From positions 640,001 to 704,000 of the forward strand of contig JAXHNB010000005.1 in NCBI GenBank assembly GCA_034520945.1: a DNA stretch of 64,000 nt, in the 5' to 3' direction. Made by a program: the position numbers and the translations under genes. The notes under the pieces are model-generated. The model made no database searches. It had not been told where the DNA came from and was given only the letters and a program-made list of their open reading frames with translations. The stretch is from Trueperaceae bacterium. GTDB taxonomy: Bacteria; Deinococcota; Deinococci; Deinococcales; Trueperaceae. Shown piece by piece: positions 57,730 to 64,000 of the stretch (the stretch's first letter is position 1; each line of letters starts with the position of its first letter).

Positions 57730-57942
57730 TCAGCGCAGGTAGGTGTCGTCGCGCGGTTCGGTGTAGCTGCGCATGGGGGCCAGCTCGTCCTCGGCCGCCC
57801 ACACGATGGCGCCCTCGCCCGCGTGGCGGCCGCTGGCCGACAGCAGCCGGTAGGGGTACGGTCCTTGCCGCCGCCCGGCGATCACGTACCGTTTGCCGTC
57901 CCTGAGGACCTCTTCGCCGATCATGTAGCGGGGACCGTCCAT
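57730..57942 (-). CDS. Small hypothetical protein (70 aa)
   Basis: Leaderless TATCGT-6nt-ATG; fills gap. Confidence 0.6.
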   Translation of the reverse strand: MDGPRYMIGEEVLRDGKRYVIAGRRQGPYPYRLLSASGRHAGEGAIVWAAEDELAPMRSYTEPRDDTYLR

Positions 57943-58032
57943 GCCGCGACGATACCACCGCCATGCCCTGCCCGCGGCGGGCGTTCGTCCCGGTGCCCCG
58001 CACCCCGCGCGGGCGAGCGTCGCGGACCCCCT

Positions 58033-58578
58033 CTACCCGGCGTGGGACAGCACGCTCAGGGTGAACGCGACCAGTACCGAGGGCAGGCCGAACACGCTCA
58101 GTAGGTACAGGATCGCCGCCGCGCGCGGGCGCGCCGTGGCGTGCACCTCGGTGCCGCGCCACACCAGCCACAGGTGCCAGGCGGGCAGCATCGCCAGGGC
58201 GCCCGCCATCGTCGCCCAGGGGGCGAACCAGCCGATCGGCAGCAGCGACACGGCGAGGAAGCCGCTGGGAACCCACGCCCAGGCGACGATCTCGAACGCC
58301 CGCAGGTCCATTCCGGCGGGACGCATCAGGACCAGGCTCCCCAGGATCGACACCAGCACGGCGTAGGGCAGCACCATGAGCGGCGTGCCCAGCAGGAACA
58401 ACGGCCAGGCGTCCGACGCCGTGCCGCGTGCCAGCACGACGCCCAGCGCCAGTGCGCCCATCAGCAGCGACACCCCGCCTGCGGCCGCGGCCGCACCAAG
58501 GGCGGGCTCGTCCGGCAGGTCCTCGAAGAAGCGGCCGGGCACCGAGGCGGCCCGCCAGGCGCGGCGCAGCTGCGTCAC
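58033..58578 (-). CDS. Yip1-like integral membrane protein
   Basis: P.RFF N-terminal motif, ~5 TM helices; GTGA coupling to mqnD. Confidence 0.65.
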   Translation of the reverse strand: MTQLRRAWRAASVPGRFFEDLPDEPALGAAAAAGGVSLLMGALALGVVLARGTASDAWPLFLLGTPLMVLPYAVLVSILGSLVLMRPAGMDLRAFEIVAWAWVPSGFLAVSLLPIGWFAPWATMAGALAMLPAWHLWLVWRGTEVHATARPRAAAILYLLSVFGLPSVLVAFTLSVLSHAG

Positions 58579-59405
58579 GACGGCGCCCAGAACGGGTCCG
58601 GCGGCACCGGCGGCAGCAGGCCGCGGTCGGTGGCGTGCTGGAACAGGGTGCGGACTGCGTGGCGGCCCTCGGCGCCCACGTCTTCGGTGAAGCCGTTCAC
58701 GTAGGTGCGGATGTGGCGCGCGCGCACCTCGGGCGCCATCTCCTGCGCGTGCCTGGCCACGTACGCCGCGCTCGCGTCGGGGTCATGAAGCGCGGCCCGG
58801 ACGCTGGCGGCGACCGCGCGCGCGACGCCGTCCACCACCTCGGGCCCCAGCGCCCGCCGCACGATGATCACGCCAAGGGGGATCGGCGCACCGGTGGTGT
58901 CCTCCCACCAGCGCCCCAAATCGATGAGCGCGTGCAGGCCGTGCGCCGGGTAGGTGAAGCGGGACTCGTGAATGATCAGGCCGGCGTCCACCTCGCCGGC
59001 CGCGACGGCGGGCATGATCCGGTCGTAGCGCATCGGGACCCGGTCGGTGGCGGCGGGGGCGTACAGGTCCAGCAGGAGATTGGCGGTGGTCCGGCCGCCG
59101 GGCGTGGCGACCGTGCGGCCGTCCAGGGCGAGGTCCGGGTCGCGCGCGACCACCAGCGGGCCGATGCCGCGCGACACGGCGCCCCCCGCGGGCAGGGCCC
59201 ACCAGTCCGCGGCCAGGCGTCCGAAGGCGTGATAGGAGACCTTGGCGACGTCCAAGCGGCCCTCCGCCGCGAGTCCGTTGAGGGTCTCGACGTCCTCCAG
59301 CTGAACCTCGAACGTGAGGGGCGTGTCCACCAACCCGTGCGTCAGCGCGTGGAACACGAAGGTGTCGTTCGGGCAGGGGGAGAATCCCAGACGCAAGGGG
59401 CGCAT
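58575..59405 (-). CDS. mqnD: 1,4-dihydroxy-6-naphthoate synthase (futalosine pathway)
   Basis: SPCPNDTF, DVETLN, IHESRFTY, DLG.WW, YVNGFT. Confidence 0.93.
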   Translation of the reverse strand: MRPLRLGFSPCPNDTFVFHALTHGLVDTPLTFEVQLEDVETLNGLAAEGRLDVAKVSYHAFGRLAADWWALPAGGAVSRGIGPLVVARDPDLALDGRTVATPGGRTTANLLLDLYAPAATDRVPMRYDRIMPAVAAGEVDAGLIIHESRFTYPAHGLHALIDLGRWWEDTTGAPIPLGVIIVRRALGPEVVDGVARAVAASVRAALHDPDASAAYVARHAQEMAPEVRARHIRTYVNGFTEDVGAEGRHAVRTLFQHATDRGLLPPVPPDPFWAPS

Positions 59406-59492
59406 GGCCGGGATCGTACCAGCGGGTGCCGAGGCCCCGGCGTCCATGGCCCAGGGCTCACTCGCAGCGCGCATACGCGTGTGCGAGGCGCA

Positions 59493-59521
59493 TTGATGCA
59501 CCTCGCTCCGTCTGCTACACT
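59493..59521 (+). promoter_or_regulatory. Sigma70 promoter of infC-rpmI-rplT
   Basis: TTGATG-17nt-TACACT with TG extension. Confidence 0.75.
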
Positions 59522-59579
59522 CAGGCCCCGTGCCCGGGCCGCCTAAGGACCCGGACCGCACGCGTGGGAGGTGGAGTCC

Positions 59580-60101
59580 ATAGCAAAGGACATGAAGGTG
59601 AACGACCAGATCCGGGTGCGTCAGGTGCGCCTGATCGAACAGGATGGCAACCAGGTGGGCATCGTCGACACCCGCGAGGCCATGCGCCGCGCGCGCGAGA
59701 ACGATCTCGATCTGGTTCTGGTGGGAGAACGGGCCCAACCGCCCGTCGCGCGTCTCATGGACTACGGCAAGTACCGCTTCGAGATGCAGCAGGAGGACAA
59801 GGAGGCCCGCAAGCGCTCCCGCCAGCAAGAGATGAAGGCCATCAAGTTCCGGGTCAAGATCGGCGAGCACGACTACGTGACCAAGGTGAACCACGTGCGG
59901 CGCTTCCTCAAGGCCGGCCACAAGGTCAAGATCACCATCATGTTCCGCGGTCGTGAACGCACGCACCCCGATCTCGGCCAGGATCTGCTGAACCGTGTGG
60001 CGCAGGACGTCTCGGAGATCGCGACGGTGGATCAACCTCCGACCCTCGCCGGGATGGACATGAACATGACCTTGCGCCCCGTCATGGCTGCCGAAGCCTG
60101 A
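59580..60101 (+). CDS. infC: Translation initiation factor IF-3 (probable AUA start)
   Basis: VNDQIR..QVRLI, MDYGKYRFE, FRGRE; GGAGGTG 6 nt before ATA. Confidence 0.95.
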   Translation: MAKDMKVNDQIRVRQVRLIEQDGNQVGIVDTREAMRRARENDLDLVLVGERAQPPVARLMDYGKYRFEMQQEDKEARKRSRQQEMKAIKFRVKIGEHDYVTKVNHVRRFLKAGHKVKITIMFRGRERTHPDLGQDLLNRVAQDVSEIATVDQPPTLAGMDMNMTLRPVMAAEA

Positions 60102-60210
60102 CCCGAACCGGTCGTCGCCAGGTCCTTCGGCGACCCGACCCCACCCCTCATCCCTTCACGACAGGTCCGCTCGGGCGGGCCCGACGCGAACGAGAACACC
60201 AGGAGACACC

Positions 60211-60408
60211 ATGCCGAAACTGAAGACCCACAAGGGCACCAAAGCCCGTGTCAACGTCACTGGGCGAGGTAAGGTCACGGCCATGCGTACCGGCAAGCGG
60301 CACCTGAACTACCACAAGTCCGGCAAGCGCATTCGTCAGGGCAGAACCGACCTCGTCCTCGCGCACACCGAGGCGGAGCGCATCAAGAAGCTCCTCCCGT
60401 ACGAGTGA
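60211..60408 (+). CDS. rpmI: 50S ribosomal protein L35
   Basis: MPKLKTHKG...GKRHL. Confidence 0.96.
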   Translation: MPKLKTHKGTKARVNVTGRGKVTAMRTGKRHLNYHKSGKRIRQGRTDLVLAHTEAERIKKLLPYE

Positions 60409-60420
60409 GGAAGGCCCGAC

Positions 60421-60777
60421 ATGCCTAGAAGCAAGACCGGCACCGTACGTCGCACCCGCCACAAGAAGATCCTGAAGCGGGCCAAGGGGTTCTGGGGGCT
60501 GCGGTCCAAGACCTTCAGCGGCGCCCGGCAGACCCTGCTCAACGCGGCCGACTACGCCTACCGCGACCGCCGCGACAAGAAGCACGTGTTCCGGCGCCTG
60601 TGGATCTCGCGCATCAACGCCGCCACGCGGCAGCACGGCCTCCCGTACGGCACCTTCGTGCACGGCCTGCGCCAGGCCGGGGTCGAGCTCGACCGCAAGG
60701 TGCTGGCCGACCTCGCCGTCCGCGAACCCGACGCGTTCGCGTCGCTGATCGACGTCGCCAAGCAGAAGGCCGCCTGA
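60421..60777 (+). CDS. rplT: 50S ribosomal protein L20
   Basis: [32 protein letters not shown]. Confidence 0.97.
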   Translation: MPRSKTGTVRRTRHKKILKRAKGFWGLRSKTFSGARQTLLNAADYAYRDRRDKKHVFRRLWISRINAATRQHGLPYGTFVHGLRQAGVELDRKVLADLAVREPDAFASLIDVAKQKAA

Positions 60778-60866
60778 GCGACACGCCGAACCGACGTACG
60801 ACCTGCGTGGCGCGCCCCATCCGGCGCGCCACGCACGTTCGGGGCGCGTCACGCCCGCGTGCTCGC

Positions 60867-61862
60867 TCAGTACCCCGCCTCCAGGTCGACGCGGTTCCGC
60901 TCCCTCCCCGCTGCCAGGGCGGCGAGGGTGCGGAGCACGTCCCGCACGCTGGCGTCGCGCCAACCGTGCACCGCGTTGGCGCGGTGCGGGCTCAGCACCA
61001 CGTCCTCGTGAAGGTGGAACGGTCGCGACGAGGGCAGGGTGGCGCGACGTGCCGCTGCGTGCGGCGGGTACTGCCACCACACGTCCAGCCCGACGCCGCC
61101 CAGGCGTCCGTCCTCCAACGCCTGCCACAGCGCCGCCTCGTCGATCAGGCTGCCGCGCCCCACGTTCACCAGCAGGGCACCGGGACGGATCGCCTCGAAC
61201 GCCGCGGCGTCCAGGAGCCCGTCCGTGTCCGGCGTCGACGGCAACGTGATCACGATCGCGTCCGCCTCCGACAATGCCCGGTGCAGCTCGGCCGGCCCCA
61301 CCTCCACCGGGTCGCTCGCCTCGGGGTCGGGCCGGCGGCGCAGCGCCGTCAGGCGCATGCCCAGGCCGCGCAACATCGGCGCCAACGCCGATCCGATGGC
61401 GCCGTACCCCAGCAGCAACGCCTGCGCGCCCACCAGATGAACGCTGGCAGGACCGTCGCGATGACCGGCCCAATCGCCCTGCCGAAGGGCGCGGTCATAG
61501 CGGACCAGGCGGCCGGCACAGGCCAGCAGCAAGGCGGCGGCGTGCTGCGCCACGAACGGCGCGTTGAAGTGCGAGTTGTACAAACGCAGGTGGGGCCGCG
61601 CCGCCATCTGCGCCCGCAGGCCGGCCTCCACCCCCGCGTACGGCACGATCACGGTCCGCAGGTGCGGCGCGTCCAGCAACGCGTCCGAGGGGTGCCCGTC
61701 GATCAGCACCTGCACGCCCTCGCAGGCGGCCACCGCGCGCTCGGCGTCGGTTTCGACGCGAATGCGCACGCCGCTGGGCGCCGGGTGACCTGCGACCTCC
61801 TCGGCGCCCAGCTCGCTGCGCCACAACACCTCCAGGCGTTCCGATTCCTCGGGAGTTCCCAT
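60867..61862 (-). CDS. D-isomer-specific 2-hydroxyacid dehydrogenase
   Basis: GYGAIG, VNVGRG, LDVW, SPH. Confidence 0.9.
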   Translation of the reverse strand: MGTPEESERLEVLWRSELGAEEVAGHPAPSGVRIRVETDAERAVAACEGVQVLIDGHPSDALLDAPHLRTVIVPYAGVEAGLRAQMAARPHLRLYNSHFNAPFVAQHAAALLLACAGRLVRYDRALRQGDWAGHRDGPASVHLVGAQALLLGYGAIGSALAPMLRGLGMRLTALRRRPDPEASDPVEVGPAELHRALSEADAIVITLPSTPDTDGLLDAAAFEAIRPGALLVNVGRGSLIDEAALWQALEDGRLGGVGLDVWWQYPPHAAARRATLPSSRPFHLHEDVVLSPHRANAVHGWRDASVRDVLRTLAALAAGRERNRVDLEAGY

Positions 61863-61903
61863 GGCGGGCCACTGTAGCCCGCAGCGCGGATATGATGCCC
61901 CTC

Positions 61904-63181
61904 ATGCGCATCGTACGCGGCCTGGAGGCCGCTCTGGACCTTGCCCGACGCCGCGAAGCCGGCGCGCTGGACCCCCACGCCGAAACCGCCGCGCGCCAGG
62001 TCGTGGACCATGTGCGGCGGGATGGGGACGCCGCGCTGCGCGACCTCACCGAGCGCTTCGACGGCGTCCGCCTGGACGCCATCCAGGTGCCGCAGGCGCG
62101 CATCGATGCGGCCGCGGACGAGCTCGAACCCGAGTTGCGCGACGCCATCGACACCGCCGCTGCGCGCATCCGTGCCTACTACCATCGTCAACCGACCGGC
62201 GGATTCCTGCACGCCGACGAGGACGGCGTGACCGGCCAGATCGTGCGGCCGATCGCCTCGGTCGGGTGTTACGTGCCGGGCGGCACCGCCCCGCTGTTCA
62301 GCAGCCTGCTGATGAGCGCCGTGCCGGCGCGTGTCGCGGGCGTGTCACGCCTGGTGGTCGCGACCCCGCCTCGGCCCGATGGGAGCGTCGCCGCCGAGAT
62401 CCGCTACGCCGCCAAGGTGGTGGGCGCCGACGCCGTGGTGCGCGTCGGCGGCGCGCAAGCCATCGCGGCGCTGGCCTACGGCACGGACGCCGTGCCCCGG
62501 GTCGACAAGATCGTCGGGCCCGGCAACGCCTACGTGGTGGCCGCCAAGCGGCTGGTGTACGGATCGGTCGGGATCGAGTCGTTGCCCGGCCCGACCGAGA
62601 CCCTCGTCCTGGCCGACGAAGACGCCGACCCCAGACATGCCGCGGCGGACCTGCTGGCCCAGGCGGAGCACCTCGGGGCGCAACCGATGCTGGTCACCTG
62701 GTCCGACGCCGTACTGGACGCCATCCTCACCGCAATCGACGACGGCCTGAGCGACCTGCCCACCGCCGACGCCGCCCGCGAATCCCTGGCCGAGCGGGGC
62801 TTCGCCATCCGCGTCGCCGACCCCCAACAAGCGCTCGAGGTCGCCAACGCCCTCGCGCCCGAACACCTCTGCCTCCTGGTGGACGATCCCTGGGCCTACC
62901 TCGGCGGCATCCGCAATGCCGGCGGGGTGTTCCTCGGCGCGCACAGCATGGAGGCGCTGGGCGACTACGTGGCGGGCCCCAGCCACGTGATGCCGACCTC
63001 CACCACCGCGCGGTTCGCCAGCTTCCTCAACCTGCGTGACTTCCAGAAGGTGATCCCCGTCCTGGCGGCCTCGCCCGACCTGGTCGCACGCGTCGGCCCG
63101 GCCGGCGTGCGCATGGCGCGCGCCGAGGGCCTCGAGGCGCACGCCCGGGCGATCGCTGCACGCCTGAACCACGGTGACTGA
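61904..63181 (+). CDS. hisD: Histidinol dehydrogenase
   Basis: [45 protein letters not shown]. Confidence 0.96.
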   Translation: MRIVRGLEAALDLARRREAGALDPHAETAARQVVDHVRRDGDAALRDLTERFDGVRLDAIQVPQARIDAAADELEPELRDAIDTAAARIRAYYHRQPTGGFLHADEDGVTGQIVRPIASVGCYVPGGTAPLFSSLLMSAVPARVAGVSRLVVATPPRPDGSVAAEIRYAAKVVGADAVVRVGGAQAIAALAYGTDAVPRVDKIVGPGNAYVVAAKRLVYGSVGIESLPGPTETLVLADEDADPRHAAADLLAQAEHLGAQPMLVTWSDAVLDAILTAIDDGLSDLPTADAARESLAERGFAIRVADPQQALEVANALAPEHLCLLVDDPWAYLGGIRNAGGVFLGAHSMEALGDYVAGPSHVMPTSTTARFASFLNLRDFQKVIPVLAASPDLVARVGPAGVRMARAEGLEAHARAIAARLNHGD

Positions 63182-63779
63182 GGGCGGCGCGCCGACCCGT
63201 GCGCGCCGCCGCGGACGCGCGGGCCGCGTCCGCCTGTTCGCAGTGCTGCCGCTGTTCGTGCTGGCGGTCTTGGCGGGGGACGCCGTCCGCATCCTCGCCG
63301 GCCCCGGGGGCGCCCCCTCCTGTCCGGCCGGCACGGCGCTGGTCATGGGCGCGGCGCAGTACGCCGGTCGCCCCTCCCCGGCCTTCGAGCGGCGGCTGTC
63401 CCGGGCGCTGGAGGCGTACCGGTCGGGTTGCGTCGACCGGATCGTCGTCTCCGGCGGCATGCGGACCGGCGACCACACCAGCGAAGGGGCCGCCGGCGTC
63501 GCCTGGCTGCGCCGCCGGGGCGTGCCGCAGGCGGCGCTGCGGGCGGAGGAGACCGCCACCACCAGCGCCGAGAACGTCGCCCGGGCGCGCGGGATGCTGG
63601 ACAGCACCAAGGTGCTGGTGGTCACCGACGACCTGCACGCCTGGCGCAGCGTCTACCTGGCGCGCCGCGAGGGGCTGCAGGCGCAGGCCGTGGGCGCGCC
63701 CGTCCCCTCGGGGCGCCTCCGCTACGCCCTGCGCGAGCTCGCGGCCCTCACCTCGTACCGACTGGGCCTGGCGCCCTGA
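63174..63779 (+). CDS. YdcF/DUF218 family protein
   Basis: VMGAAQY.G.PSP, VSGG, SEG, VTDDLH, RE. Confidence 0.87.
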   Translation: MTEGGAPTRARRRGRAGRVRLFAVLPLFVLAVLAGDAVRILAGPGGAPSCPAGTALVMGAAQYAGRPSPAFERRLSRALEAYRSGCVDRIVVSGGMRTGDHTSEGAAGVAWLRRRGVPQAALRAEETATTSAENVARARGMLDSTKVLVVTDDLHAWRSVYLARREGLQAQAVGAPVPSGRLRYALRELAALTSYRLGLAP

Positions 63780-63833
63780 GGGCGGGGCGCGCGCCGCCCC
63801 TCGCCTCCGCGAGCCCCGGGCGCGCGGGCCTCC

Positions 63834-64000
63834 TCAGGTGCGCCCCCCCGCCCACCAGGCGCGAACGATGTCGCGGTACATGCCCATGCGCGCGCCCAAC
63901 CCCCGCCACCACCCCAGCTTCTCCTCCTTCATGACCTGACTCACGCCCGCAAGCCGCACGTCCCGTACGCGCCAGCCTCCGCTGCGGGCGGCCTCCGCCA
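63834..64000 (-). CDS. C-terminus of probable GT2 glycosyltransferase (partial, window edge)
   Basis: Translates ...VRLAGVSQVMKEEKLGWWRGLGARMGMYRDIVRAWW..*. Confidence 0.55.
   Translation of the reverse strand, partial: AEAARSGGWRVRDVRLAGVSQVMKEEKLGWWRGLGARMGMYRDIVRAWWAGGRT

Overview
Very GC-rich, gene-dense chromosomal window. It is probably from a Deinococcota bacterium (Truepera-like; inferred from the efp-accB-accC-asp23-nusB-folD block, Arg-type EF-P, MqnD, short GidA-like protein and widespread leaderless genes). Most of it is housekeeping: three peptide-type ABC importer clusters, ddl, manA, accBC, polyprenyl synthase, secG/tRNA-Leu, dgt, ispG, pyrD, scpA, typA, menG, mqnD, infC-rpmI-rplT and hisD. 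I found no CRISPR array, IS element or prophage. The main discovery is a minus-strand operon at ~21.2-26.9 kb encoding an SPT-like PLP alpha-oxoamine synthase, a bacterial-ceramide-synthase-like GNAT and a CerR-like reductase, followed by a GT28 glycosyltransferase and a flippase-like membrane protein. It is flanked by a GT2 glycosyltransferase and a MacB/LolC-type ABC plus MMPL exporter. Together these form a candidate glycosphingolipid synthesis and export locus in a phylum for which I know of no characterised sphingolipid pathway. Other points of note: a leaderless Trp-Trp uORF coupled to ddl, an internally deleted GT28 paralog, a comF frame without a nearby stop, and an AUA-initiated infC. 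All functional calls come from motif recognition by eye; no database searches were run.
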